Shown here: positions 26,650 to 36,191 of the stretch, in pieces
Layout of the letters: each line of letters starts with the position of its first letter
Numbering within the stretch: position 1 is the first letter of the stretch
Source: an uncultured Myxococcales bacterium
Lineage (GTDB): Bacteria > Myxococcota_A > UBA9042
DNA length: 64,000 nucleotides
Reading direction: 5' to 3'
NCBI GenBank assembly: GCA_903840165.1
Contig: CAIMEY010000002.1
Span: 133,109 to 197,108 of the forward strand
Notes under the pieces: generated by a model
What the model was told of the DNA's origin: nothing
The model's input: only the letters and a program-made list of their open reading frames with translations
Databases searched by the model: none
Position numbers and translations under genes: made by a program

Positions 26650-28101
26650 ATGCTCGATTTGCGGCGAGGTCGCCATCACGCTACGCTAGACCCCGTGCGA
26701 AACGAATTTCCTCAGCCTTTCGGTCCCTATGAACTCTTGCGCCGGGTCGGTCGCGGCGGTATGGCGGAAGTTTTCCTGGCCAAAGCGACCAGTGCGCGGG
26801 GTGACAAGCGCCTCGTCGCCCTCAAGCGCATGCACGCAACATTGTCCGAGGACCAAAGTGCCGTGGCGATGCTCATTGAAGAAGCGCGCCTGTGCATGCG
26901 CTTTCACCATGACAACATTGCCCAAACCTTTGAACTGGGCAACCACGATGGTGCCTATTTCTTCATCATGGAATACGTAGACGGCGTCGACCTCGGCACC
27001 GTCGGCAACCTGGTGGAGAGTAGGGGTACTTGCCTGGAACCCTCGATTGCGGCTTATGTTTGTGCCGCGATGGCCCGGGGCTTGGACTACGCGCACAACC
27101 TATGCGACGAGTCAGGGCAGCGCCTCGGTATCGTTCACCGCGATGTAAGTCCGCAAAATGTCTTGATTGGTCGTCATGGTGAGGTCAAGCTGATCGACTT
27201 TGGTGTCGCCAAGGTGGCGTCGCGCATTCAGCAGACCATGGCCGGGATTATCAAAGGCAAATACGCCTATATGAGTCCCGAGCAGGCCAGTGCTGAACCC
27301 GTGGATGCCCGCAGCGACGTCTTCTCGCTGGGCATTTGCATGCACGAATTGTTCAGTGGCCGTCCACTGTTTCGCGCCGTCGGTGCCGGTTCGCCTTACG
27401 CGATCCTCAGAGCGGTCCGCGACGACCCGATCACGCCCCTGCATGAGCTTGTTCCTGGGATTCCTTTGGAATTGTCTAGGATTGTTCACGCAGCCTTGGA
27501 ACGCGATGTGCAAAAGCGCACGCCTTCGGCTGGCCACTTGGCCGAGGAGTTGGAGGCGTGGCTGCGCAATTCGGCCCCCCGCCTCGACGCCCAGGGATTG
27601 TGCACTTATATCAGGCGCTTGGTTGAGGAGGCGCCCGCCGGTGCCTTGCCGCAGAACGCGATTGCGACGCCACCCCTGGCCAAGATGACCGGCGCGGAGT
27701 ACGAACCTTCGCAAATGAGCGTAGTTGCGGCTTCACCGCTCGAATTGGCGGAGGCCCACACGGTGGCCCGCCCTTCGCCGATGGCGCAGCCGCCAGCCTT
27801 GTCTAGGGGGCCTTCGCAGCAAGCCCTGCGCGCATCCGGCGAATTGGGACCCGCACGCCGTACGCCCGCACCGCAAAGCGTTCGCGTACAACCGGCTGTG
27901 TCTGCTGGACAATGGCAAAATGCCGATGGCCCTAGAGCGATTGCCGGTCCTCTGGCGGCCGCTTCCCAACCCGCCCAAGACCTGTCCTGGCGGCCCTCCC
28001 GGCGAGCAACCTTGCAATTTCTCTGGGTTGGGCTGGTCGCCCTGGTCTTCGCCTTAGGGTGGAGCGTGATCGCGACCCTGGTCAAGATCGGAAAACTATA
28101 G
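26650..28101 (+). CDS. Hanks-type Ser/Thr protein kinase with C-terminal tail anchor
   Basis: 483 aa. GRGGMAEVF (P-loop), VALKRM (Lys), HRDVSPQNVLI (catalytic loop), DFGVAK, YMSPEQ. Pro/Ala-rich linker and a single C-terminal TM helix LQFLWVGLVALVFALGWSVIATLV. Confidence 0.9.
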   Translation: MLDLRRGRHHATLDPVRNEFPQPFGPYELLRRVGRGGMAEVFLAKATSARGDKRLVALKRMHATLSEDQSAVAMLIEEARLCMRFHHDNIAQTFELGNHDGAYFFIMEYVDGVDLGTVGNLVESRGTCLEPSIAAYVCAAMARGLDYAHNLCDESGQRLGIVHRDVSPQNVLIGRHGEVKLIDFGVAKVASRIQQTMAGIIKGKYAYMSPEQASAEPVDARSDVFSLGICMHELFSGRPLFRAVGAGSPYAILRAVRDDPITPLHELVPGIPLELSRIVHAALERDVQKRTPSAGHLAEELEAWLRNSAPRLDAQGLCTYIRRLVEEAPAGALPQNAIATPPLAKMTGAEYEPSQMSVVAASPLELAEAHTVARPSPMAQPPALSRGPSQQALRASGELGPARRTPAPQSVRVQPAVSAGQWQNADGPRAIAGPLAAASQPAQDLSWRPSRRATLQFLWVGLVALVFALGWSVIATLVKIGKL

Positions 28102-28109
28102 GAAATCTC

Positions 28110-30434
28110 ATGGAATTGCGCACTATCGTCCGCTACGTGCGGGTGTCTGTGGTGCTCCTGGGCGTCTGTTTTGCGGCCTTGGGGGAAGCCGCTGTGTTGC
28201 AGACGCCTGCCGGTGGTAAAATCACCTTTGATCACAAGCATTTGTGTGGACAGGTGCCGGAGGGTTGGCAAGTGGATGCCGACCATCATGGCCTGCGTCC
28301 CGAACGAGACCTGGCGGCTGGCAGCTCCGCGGTCATCCATCTCGCCGCGGAAGGCACTGCTTGTACAGGCAAACTGACGGCAACAACGGTGGTGGCGACG
28401 GGGCCTTGGCCCCAGGTTGATCCGGGCAGCGTCACTTTCTGGCCGGATGAAGGTCGCGTCGAATTCAAGGGTTCCAACTTGCGCGGCGCTGTGGTCGTGT
28501 GGAGTCAGGGCAACCGCAGCGGTGAGGACGCGTGCCAGGATCCCACGCAGTTGGCTCATGCTGAACAGTGTAACACCGCAGTCGCACATGGATTATCCGC
28601 CGATGCGTGGCTCAGCGCCTTGCCCGCAGGATCGCGCCATGGCGAGGGTGTCGTCACCTTCGACCTTGCCGGCCGTCCTGTCGGTGCCGACCATGGCGTG
28701 TTGAGGCCAGCAAAGATCGTGTTGAATCGCGCGATTCCGAGCACCGGCGCCGTTGACCTGACCGATGGCCTTGGGCGCATTGCCTTGCCCCATCCGGAAT
28801 GCGTGGCCAGCGTCGATTGCGGGTCGGCGCGCTGTGAACTGGCGGACGGCGCAGTCCTAGTGCGGAGCGTGCCGGGCATCGCCACGGCCGTTAGTGTCAA
28901 AGTGCGCCTTTCTCCACATGTTTTTGTGGCGCGCGGTGACGGTTTCGACCAGCACCAGGCCGCGACCTTTACGCTGGCCCATTGCCCCATCACCTTGTTG
29001 TCCGGTCCGCCGATTCGCGACCTCGATGACGTCCGCGTGATCGTGCGCCTCGACCAACGTTGTTCCAAGGATCCGCGGCTTTTGCGCTGGACCGCCGATG
29101 GCGACCCGGTCGACGTGCTGCGCGTGGAGAAGGACGGTGACGCCCACGACGTCGTCCTGCGCGTCGGTCGGCTGGAGGACGACCACGTGACGCTGGCGGC
29201 CAGTCGCGCTGAACCCGATGCGCCGGTACTGGCGGTGCTCGCCGAGAAGACCCGAGTCCTGCCTCAACCACGGATGTTAATTGAGCTTTCTGGCTATGGT
29301 CCCATTGAGTTCATCCCCAAGAATCGCGGAGCGTTGGTTCGCCTAGCACCGATTGACGACCACACGCGGATGCACGTGCTGCCCGTGGAGGGCGTGTATT
29401 CCAGCAGTCCTCAGGCCGATGGTTGGCTGGTGCGCGGCAGTGATTTGTCTGGAGGTTCTGTGCAGTTGCGCCTTGCCGTTCGCGCCGATGGACTGCCGGC
29501 CGTGCTCCGTGGTGTCAACCTGGCGGTGCTTACCGACGTGGTGCAGAGGCCCGTGCGCGACGCGACGATGCCCGTTCCCCTGGCCGATAGCGGCGATCGC
29601 CCTGATTTGGTGGAGTTACTGTGCCAAGTGCCTGGAGGGCCCGACATGCGCCTTTTGCCGGGGCTGAGCCATATTGACTTTACGCAGAGGGATGGCTGTC
29701 GATTGGTGATTCATCGCGGGCGGTTGCGTCCCGAAGATGGCACCCAAGACTTGATGCTCGAGATCGACATTGCGGCCCTCGACGGCTCGCCCCGTCCATT
29801 GGGCAAGGTGGCTGACCGTATCCTTTTGCGCGCGGGGCCTGACGATAAAGTCTATTGGATCAAAGGGGTTCGCTCTGTCTTTGACCGAATCCAGGTCCGC
29901 CTGTACCACGTCATCGATGAGACGCGTTACCTCATTTCGCCCGAGGGTCGACCCGTGGCACCGGCCCTGCAGTGGTCCATCATCACGGGCACGGGGCGCG
30001 TGCGCTTTTACGCGACGGCGGCTTTTCCCACGGGCCTGTACCGCGTGACCAATCCGACAGGTCTTTTGACGTTAAATTTCGGGGTGATGTCGCGAATCGT
30101 CATTCTGGATAGCGAAGGGCGGGAGGGCCTCGTCGGCATTGAACTCGGTGCCATCGGCGTAGGCCTTGTCAGCACAAGCAGTTTGCCCAATTATCCTGCG
30201 ACATTGGCAACGGTTGCAGGTCTCGGTGTCAGCGTGCCCCTGGGCAATGCCGGGCAGCCGACTCAGGCCAGCCTCAACCTACATGCCTGGGTTTCTTACG
30301 AATGGCGTTCCGATTTCAAGTACTATCCCAGCGCCGCCGACGCAACGGCCGATACCCAGGGACACTGGGCACCTCACTGGGCCTTTATCTTCGGACCCAG
30401 CATTTCCATTGGTAATATTGGCACTGTGCTCTAG
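28110..30434 (+). CDS. Hypothetical secreted protein, translationally linked to the Ser/Thr kinase
   Basis: ORF 28059..30434. Signal-peptide start MELRTIVRYVRVSVVLLGVCFAALGEAAV at 28110, 8 bp after the kinase stop. No known motif. Confidence 0.6.
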   Translation: MELRTIVRYVRVSVVLLGVCFAALGEAAVLQTPAGGKITFDHKHLCGQVPEGWQVDADHHGLRPERDLAAGSSAVIHLAAEGTACTGKLTATTVVATGPWPQVDPGSVTFWPDEGRVEFKGSNLRGAVVVWSQGNRSGEDACQDPTQLAHAEQCNTAVAHGLSADAWLSALPAGSRHGEGVVTFDLAGRPVGADHGVLRPAKIVLNRAIPSTGAVDLTDGLGRIALPHPECVASVDCGSARCELADGAVLVRSVPGIATAVSVKVRLSPHVFVARGDGFDQHQAATFTLAHCPITLLSGPPIRDLDDVRVIVRLDQRCSKDPRLLRWTADGDPVDVLRVEKDGDAHDVVLRVGRLEDDHVTLAASRAEPDAPVLAVLAEKTRVLPQPRMLIELSGYGPIEFIPKNRGALVRLAPIDDHTRMHVLPVEGVYSSSPQADGWLVRGSDLSGGSVQLRLAVRADGLPAVLRGVNLAVLTDVVQRPVRDATMPVPLADSGDRPDLVELLCQVPGGPDMRLLPGLSHIDFTQRDGCRLVIHRGRLRPEDGTQDLMLEIDIAALDGSPRPLGKVADRILLRAGPDDKVYWIKGVRSVFDRIQVRLYHVIDETRYLISPEGRPVAPALQWSIITGTGRVRFYATAAFPTGLYRVTNPTGLLTLNFGVMSRIVILDSEGREGLVGIELGAIGVGLVSTSSLPNYPATLATVAGLGVSVPLGNAGQPTQASLNLHAWVSYEWRSDFKYYPSAADATADTQGHWAPHWAFIFGPSISIGNIGTVL

Positions 30435-30446
30435 CGTCACCGCTGA

Positions 30447-30458
30447 TTGGCTAGCCAA
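30447..30458. other. Perfect 12-bp palindrome TTGGCTAGCCAA in the 60-bp convergent gap
   Basis: Read directly. Lies between the stop of 28110..30434 (+) and the stop of 30496..32055 (-). Confidence 0.6.
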
Positions 30459-30495
30459 CATTGCCTGGGCCGGTGCCGCTGCCCACGAGAACGCG

Positions 30496-32055
30496 CTAGG
30501 GGACGGGCTGGCACACGGAGAAAGACGTGTCATCCAGCGGTGTTTCCTTGAAGTTCGGCGTGCACACCCACTTGGGGCAATCGGCATCGGTCGTGCATGC
30601 CTTGTTATTAGACGTGCACGAGCCCTTGTTGCACTGTCCCGCTAACGCTTTGCAATCACTGTCATCTTTGCACAAGTCGGCACAGCCAGACGCGGTGCAG
30701 AAGCCATTGGCGCACAGGTGGACCGGTCCGACTTGAGGGTCGGTGTTGCAGGGCATCGATCCTGCCGCCGCGACGCCACCCTGAGGGTCGTGGATTTGCG
30801 TGCCGCAGCGACTGACGAGACTGCCATAAACGGTAAAGATTCTGCAGGCTTCACCGATCGCGCAGTCCGAATTGTGCTGGCACAGCTGGAAATCTTCTCC
30901 AGGCTGGCACAGGGCGTAGGTGTCATTGTTCTTGACCTGAAAAGCCGTGTTTTCTTCGACACATCGAAACACCTTGCCGACTACGCCGTCCACCGAGCCG
31001 GTGCAGTCGCTGCTCGCAACCCCCGGATCCTCAATACCGTCCGCGCCTGCCGCACCGGTCGCGTTGTCTACCAAATCTGTAGAGATCTTGCAGGGTTTTG
31101 TGCAGACGCCGTGGGAGCAAAAAGCCGTGTCGCATAACGTGTTGAGGCAGTTGAGGTATTTCTTGACCTCGGACACGCCAGCATTGGCGGGTGGCTTGGG
31201 GCAGGTCTCGCCCGCACCGCATGGTTCGCCGTACTGCAGCAAGGACCCGGGCTTGGGTGTCACACACTTGGCACCTTCGCAGAACTGGTTGATGGCGCAG
31301 GAACCGCATGATTTGTTGCACTTTGTCTGCATCGGGCCGCATTGCACGGTGGCGGTGCAGGCGCAGTCGTCGACCGGTGGGACGCAGGCGTTGTTCTTGC
31401 AGACGTCGCCGGACTTGCAGACGCCACAACTATCGACGCAGCCGGGCAAAACGCCGCATTTGCCGGCCTTGCATTCGCATTTGGGGTCGGCCGCGCAGAC
31501 GTTGCTGACGCAGAGTTGGGCCGGACCGCAGTCGCCGCAGCTCTTGGTGCAGCCGTCGCCCGGGGGCACGCCGCATTCAACGCCGGCACAGCTGCATGTC
31601 GCTGTTTCGCAAGAGTTTGCCTTGCAAACTTCCTTGGCACCGCAGGAAAATGCGCAGAGTTTCTTGCAGCCGGGCAGGACGCCGCACTGCGTGGCTTTGC
31701 ATTGGCAGTTGGGGTTAGGTTCGCACTTGTAATTGTTGCATAATTCGTCGTCGCCGCAGCTGCCGCAGGGCTGGCTGCAGCCTGGGGGCGTGCCGCAGGT
31801 GAAACCGGTGCAACTGCAAGTGGTATTGCTGACTTCAAAGGCTGAGGTGCTGCCATCGGCGAGCCCGACGCCGTCCTTGAGTCCTGAACTGTCCCCGGAG
31901 CCAAAGCCGTCGAGGGCGGCATTGCCCGATGGGGCCGGGATTTGCGAACTACAGGCCGCGAGCGCCGTCAGCAGACACGCCAAGCCGAGATTTGCTTGCC
32001 AAAAAGCGCTTTTACACGCCGCCCTTGCTTGTTGTCCTTGGCTGTCCCGCGTCAT
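30496..32055 (-). CDS. Cys-rich repeat lipoprotein with C-x-C-x(3)-C-G-x-x-P-G-C-x(3)-C-G-x-C-x(6)-C-x-N-x-C repeats (distinct from the myxo-type repeat)
   Basis: 519 aa. LTALAACSS lipobox. At least 5 tandem units, e.g. CQCKATQCGVLPGCKKLCAFSCGAKEVCKANSC, CSCAGVECGVPPGDGCTKSCGDCGPAQLCVSNVC, CECKAGKCGVLPGCVDSCGVCKSGDVCKNNAC. Cys-rich C-terminal globular part. Confidence 0.7.
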   Translation of the reverse strand: MTRDSQGQQARAACKSAFWQANLGLACLLTALAACSSQIPAPSGNAALDGFGSGDSSGLKDGVGLADGSTSAFEVSNTTCSCTGFTCGTPPGCSQPCGSCGDDELCNNYKCEPNPNCQCKATQCGVLPGCKKLCAFSCGAKEVCKANSCETATCSCAGVECGVPPGDGCTKSCGDCGPAQLCVSNVCAADPKCECKAGKCGVLPGCVDSCGVCKSGDVCKNNACVPPVDDCACTATVQCGPMQTKCNKSCGSCAINQFCEGAKCVTPKPGSLLQYGEPCGAGETCPKPPANAGVSEVKKYLNCLNTLCDTAFCSHGVCTKPCKISTDLVDNATGAAGADGIEDPGVASSDCTGSVDGVVGKVFRCVEENTAFQVKNNDTYALCQPGEDFQLCQHNSDCAIGEACRIFTVYGSLVSRCGTQIHDPQGGVAAAGSMPCNTDPQVGPVHLCANGFCTASGCADLCKDDSDCKALAGQCNKGSCTSNNKACTTDADCPKWVCTPNFKETPLDDTSFSVCQPVP

Positions 32056-32228
32056 GGTCTACCTCCATTGTCTCGGTCTTGCCGGCTGGCGTTGGGTGCT
32101 GGCTGGCGTTGCTTGCCCCGTTGTTGCGTTCACGGCAGCGCCGCGGCTACTCGCCTTGACCAGTCAGCCTAGCGCGTTGCCCGACCCGACGCAAACAACG
32201 CGAATCTTACGGCATTACAAGCAGTTTC

Positions 32229-34043
32229 CTAAGCGTACAACCCTTCGATTTCCGCCGCATATCGGGTCGCGATGACTTTGCGCTTGATCTTCATGGTTGG
32301 CGTCAGTTCGCCGCCCTCGACCGAGAAATCGACCGGCAAGACTTTGAACTTCTTGATGGTTTGCACTTGGGCCAACCCGCGGTTGACGCGTTCGACCTCG
32401 TCCTGCAACCACCGGGCAAAATCAGCGTGATCGCGGGCACCGACTACGTCGATCCCCAACAGTTGCGCGACCATGGGTAGCTTTTCCTCATCCAAGGTCA
32501 GCAAGGCCGTCAGGTACCTGCGGCGGTCGCCGATGACGACAGCCTGGGAAATCGCTGTAATGGCCTTGAGTTGGGCTTCAATCAGCTGCGGAGCCACATT
32601 TTCTCCGCCGGCAGTAATCAGCAAATCCTTTTTACGATCAGTAATTTGCAGGAATCCGCGGTGGTCAATGGTGCCGACATCGCCGGAGTGCAGCCAGCCT
32701 TCGGCGTCGATGGCCTCGCGCGTCGCTTCCGGATTCTTGTAGTAGCCCATGCAGACGTGGCGGCCGCGCATGCCGATCTCACCATCGGCAAATACCTTCA
32801 ACTCTGCGTCAGGTAAGCAAAATCCAGCCTTGCCTGTGCTGTACCGACCGCTGACCGACAGCGTCGCCGGCCCGGTGCACTCACTCATGCCGTAGACTTC
32901 ATAGATTGGAATGCCCAAACTCAGGAAGAACTCAAGGGTATCCTTGCCAATGGGCGCTGCCGCCGTGATCTGCATCTGGCAACGGTCCAGACCAAGTGCT
33001 TGGCGAACATTATCAAATACAATGGCTTTGGCGATGCCGTACTGCAGCGACTTGGGCTCACCGCGTTGCTCAGCGTAGCCCCCTTGCAAGCCGACCTGCC
33101 GGGCCCAGCCGCTGAGCGCCTTCTTGAAGGTGCCATTGCCGGCTGCCATGATCTGAATCTTAGCCTGGATTTTCTCCCAAACCCGCGGCACGCCGAGAAA
33201 GTAGTGGGGCCGAGCTTCCCGAAGGTTCTCGCCCAATTTCTCCATACTTTCAGCAAAATAGACACAACCACCGAGGAACATCGGCCCATACAGACTGATG
33301 ATCTGCTCGGCGATGTGCGACAGGGGTAGGTAACTCAGCGTCACTGCCCCAGAATCGATGTCGAGGACCTTCATGGCGCTCTGGGCGGTCCAGGTGATGT
33401 TGTCGTGGCTGATCATCACCGCCTTGGGCTGACCCGTGGTGCCTGAAGTGTAGATAAGCGTACAAAGATCCTCTGGTTTTTGCGCGGCCAGGACGGTGTC
33501 CAAGTCGGCTTCGGTCACTTGGCGCCCGCGGGCCAGGAATTCGTCCCACGCCAGGACGCGCGGATCGTCGTCGTGGCCATGCATCAGCACCACATGGCTA
33601 AGCTTAGGCAATTCATGCCAAATCGTTTTGAACTTCGCTAGTTGAATCGCATCATCGACAACGACGAGCGGCGCCTCGCAATGGTCTGCAATGAACGAAC
33701 ATTGGGCCGCCGTACTGGTGGAATAGATGCCAGCTGGTACGCAACTAGCTAAAATAGAACCAATATCAGCAAAGAACCATTGGGGACAGTTCTGACCAAT
33801 GATGGCGATGCCGGAACCGCGGGGAATCGACAGGGACAGCAGACCGCGGGCAAAAAGCCGTGCTTTGTCGCGGTATTCGCGCCAGGTGGTCGTTTGCCAC
33901 AGGCCATCACGCTTGACCTTGAGCGCTGGCTGGTCGCCCCAGGCCCTTGCGGTCTGGTCGAGGATCTCTGCAATTCGTTTGCCCGATTGTTCCACGCGAA
34001 CCTCCCGCAAGTACGCACGATGTTTAGCACACCTTGGCACCAT
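32229..34043 (-). CDS. fadD: Long-chain-fatty-acid--CoA ligase (AMP-dependent synthetase)
   Basis: ORF 32229..34124. Start at internal MVPRCAKH (minus ATG 34043). AMP-binding motif IYTSGTTGQPKAVMISH. ...GYGMSECTG..., C-terminal ...ITDRKKDLLITAGGENVAPQ... and PTMKIKR. Confidence 0.9.
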   Translation of the reverse strand: MVPRCAKHRAYLREVRVEQSGKRIAEILDQTARAWGDQPALKVKRDGLWQTTTWREYRDKARLFARGLLSLSIPRGSGIAIIGQNCPQWFFADIGSILASCVPAGIYSTSTAAQCSFIADHCEAPLVVVDDAIQLAKFKTIWHELPKLSHVVLMHGHDDDPRVLAWDEFLARGRQVTEADLDTVLAAQKPEDLCTLIYTSGTTGQPKAVMISHDNITWTAQSAMKVLDIDSGAVTLSYLPLSHIAEQIISLYGPMFLGGCVYFAESMEKLGENLREARPHYFLGVPRVWEKIQAKIQIMAAGNGTFKKALSGWARQVGLQGGYAEQRGEPKSLQYGIAKAIVFDNVRQALGLDRCQMQITAAAPIGKDTLEFFLSLGIPIYEVYGMSECTGPATLSVSGRYSTGKAGFCLPDAELKVFADGEIGMRGRHVCMGYYKNPEATREAIDAEGWLHSGDVGTIDHRGFLQITDRKKDLLITAGGENVAPQLIEAQLKAITAISQAVVIGDRRRYLTALLTLDEEKLPMVAQLLGIDVVGARDHADFARWLQDEVERVNRGLAQVQTIKKFKVLPVDFSVEGGELTPTMKIKRKVIATRYAAEIEGLYA

Positions 34044-34213
34044 GAACAATCGTCGATTGGCAAAAAGAACCGCAGCCTTTGGTCGCCTCACAGGCCTGAG
34101 CGGTCCGACTCTGGCGATGACCATGCCAAAGTATGCAAAGTTTGCGCAATATGCCTCAGCCGCGCCTTGGGTTCTGCTACAACCAACTCATTGGCTGCTT
34201 TGGGAGCGCGCAG

Positions 34214-34456
34214 ATGTCGAAGATGACCTTGCAACTCGACGAGACCACCCACGCACTGCTGCGGGCCCGCGCGACTTGTCAAGGGACCACGGCAGCGAGT
34301 TTGGTTCAAGATTTCATTGCCTTGCTGGCCCACGCGCCGTCGAGTCGTATCGAAGCCAGCCGCTTGCTGCTCCAGGCGTTGAATCCCGCAGCTTCGTCGG
34401 ACCTGGAGACCTTGACCGACGCCTCAGCCCAGGTTCGCCTGCGCCGGGTGCGCTGA
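34214..34456 (+). CDS. Small ribbon-helix-helix (CopG/antitoxin-like) DNA-binding protein, solitary
   Basis: Internal start MSKMTLQLDETTHALLRARATCQGTTAASLVQDFI matches the RHH N-terminal beta-strand plus helix pattern. No toxin partner nearby. Uncertain. Confidence 0.4.
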   Translation: MSKMTLQLDETTHALLRARATCQGTTAASLVQDFIALLAHAPSSRIEASRLLLQALNPAASSDLETLTDASAQVRLRRVR

Positions 34457-34530
34457 GACCGAAACGGGCTGAGACGGCAACGGGCTGAGACGGCAACGGG
34501 CTGAGGCGGCAACGGGCTGAGCCGGGCTCC
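34453..34530. repeat. 16-bp direct tandem repeat x4.8 (CTGAGACGGCAACGGG)
   Basis: Units at 34453-68, 34469-84, 34485-500, 34501-16 plus a partial unit. Begins at the RHH ORF stop codon and ends at the dnaB stop codon. Read directly. Confidence 0.85.
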
Positions 34531-36191
34531 TAACGATCGCCGACATACTCGTCGTTGATGTGCTGGTCACGATTAGAAAATCGCACGAACTTGCCATCAA
34601 AATGCAGTTCCACGGTGCCCAGTTCCCCCGCGCGGTGCTTGGCGATGATCAGCTCTGCGTTGAATGGATTCTTGGAATTGTCGTAGACATGTTCTCTGAA
34701 GATAAATGAAATAATATCAGCGTCCTGCTCGATGGCGCCGGACTCGCGCAGGTCGCTCATCATTGGCCTCTTGTCCTCTCGCCGCTCGACACTGCGGTTG
34801 AGCTGAGATAGGGCCAGCACGGTGCACTTGAGCTCCTTGGCTAAATGCTTGAGACCGCGGGAGTTTTCGCTGATCACTTGCTCGCGGCTCGTCTCCTTGC
34901 CGCCCGAACCATTCATTAGCTGCAGGTAATCGACGACGACCAGATCGACCGGGTGCTGCATCGCCATCCGCTTGGCCCGGGCACGAATGTCCACCAGGGT
35001 TGCCCCGGGCGTGTCATCGATCATCACGGTAAGGCCCGAGAGTTCTTCAGCCGTTTCAATGAGTACAGCTTCTTCGTCTTGATTGAACTGACCTGTACGA
35101 ATCCGCGTCAGTTCGACGCCGGCACGTGACGACAGCAAGCGTTGGACCAACTGCTCCTTGCCCATTTCTAAACTGAACAAAAGCACGCCGTTGCGCTGGC
35201 CCGGCGTTTCAGGGTGAAGCCTTGGCCGCCTCGCCACCTCAAGGGCCAAGTTCAACGCAAATGCGGTCTTGCCCATCGCGGGTCGCGCGGCCAGAACGAT
35301 GAGGTCGGTGCGGTGCAGGCCGTGGAGGATGTGATCGAGGCCGCGGTAACCGGTTGAAATGCCGGTCATCTCACCGCCGCGCGCCTTGGCGGCCATGAGT
35401 TCGCTCCACACATCGGTGACGACGTCGCTGATGTGCGTGGAATCCTGGCGGACCGAGCCGCGCAGGACTGAAGCAACCTCGGTTTCCACGGCGCCGATGA
35501 ACTCGTCTGGGTCTAACGCTCCGGAATACCCCAGGGTTTGGACCTTTTGCAAGGCGGTGAGCGTGAGCCGCACGCGCGCCAGCCCCGCGATCCGCTTGGC
35601 ATAGTGCTCCACGGACTGAGTATTTCCAACAAAATCACCCAGTTCGACCAAGTAGCTAAGGTCCAAAGTCCCTAGCTCACCCTGGGACTCCAGGTCCGCG
35701 AGCACAGAAATGCCATCGGTGGGCAGGCTTGAGGCGTACAAGCGGGCCATCGAGCCAAACAACGCCTTGTGCCGGGACTCAAAAAAATCCTCTGGTTTCA
35801 CTTTGTCGATAGTGAGTTGGATGCACGTGGCGTCGAGCAGGCAGGCACCAAGCAGCGCGCGCTCAGTGCGCACATCGGACGGCGGCCTCAAAGCCTGAGC
35901 TTCTGGGCGTAGTCGCGTTGTGCCTGAGCGCTGGTAGGGCGGCCGCGGGCGAAGTGGTTGAGTCTCGGCCTGCTCCGCAAATGCTTGAGCGGAAAAGCTA
36001 TCGGCGTCGCCTTCCGGCCCAAAGCCATGCAAGACTGCGGTAGTCAGCGGTGGTTCCTCCCCGCCCGCAGCCGGCGCGGCCTCATCCCCTGGGTCACTGG
36101 GGTCGAAGAAGCCGAAATGTGGCTCAGTCGCCAGATCCGGGCCAGCAATATTGGCGGCAATTTGTTCTATCGAGTCCGGGTATATTGGCAT
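34530..36191 (-). CDS. dnaB: Replicative DNA helicase DnaB (with ~95-aa acidic/Pro-rich N-terminal extension if the ATG is correct)
   Basis: 553 aa. Walker A ARPAMGKTAFALNLA, ...LVVVDYLQLM..., C-terminal helicase motifs. DnaB N-domain begins at PPSDVRTERALLGACLLD. No in-frame ATG closer, so a GTG start (V of DVRTE) is possible. Confidence 0.9.
   Translation of the reverse strand: MPIYPDSIEQIAANIAGPDLATEPHFGFFDPSDPGDEAAPAAGGEEPPLTTAVLHGFGPEGDADSFSAQAFAEQAETQPLRPRPPYQRSGTTRLRPEAQALRPPSDVRTERALLGACLLDATCIQLTIDKVKPEDFFESRHKALFGSMARLYASSLPTDGISVLADLESQGELGTLDLSYLVELGDFVGNTQSVEHYAKRIAGLARVRLTLTALQKVQTLGYSGALDPDEFIGAVETEVASVLRGSVRQDSTHISDVVTDVWSELMAAKARGGEMTGISTGYRGLDHILHGLHRTDLIVLAARPAMGKTAFALNLALEVARRPRLHPETPGQRNGVLLFSLEMGKEQLVQRLLSSRAGVELTRIRTGQFNQDEEAVLIETAEELSGLTVMIDDTPGATLVDIRARAKRMAMQHPVDLVVVDYLQLMNGSGGKETSREQVISENSRGLKHLAKELKCTVLALSQLNRSVERREDKRPMMSDLRESGAIEQDADIISFIFREHVYDNSKNPFNAELIIAKHRAGELGTVELHFDGKFVRFSNRDQHINDEYVGDR

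Noticed and set aside
34214-34456. Type II toxin-antitoxin pair based on the RHH ORF.
   Set aside because: No adjacent small toxin ORF (ParE/RelE/VapC-like) on either side. The neighbours are fadD (divergent) and dnaB (convergent).
34453-34530. CRISPR-like array.
   Set aside because: Units are contiguous 16-bp tandem repeats with no spacers and no cas genes. This is a microsatellite/iteron-like array, not a CRISPR.
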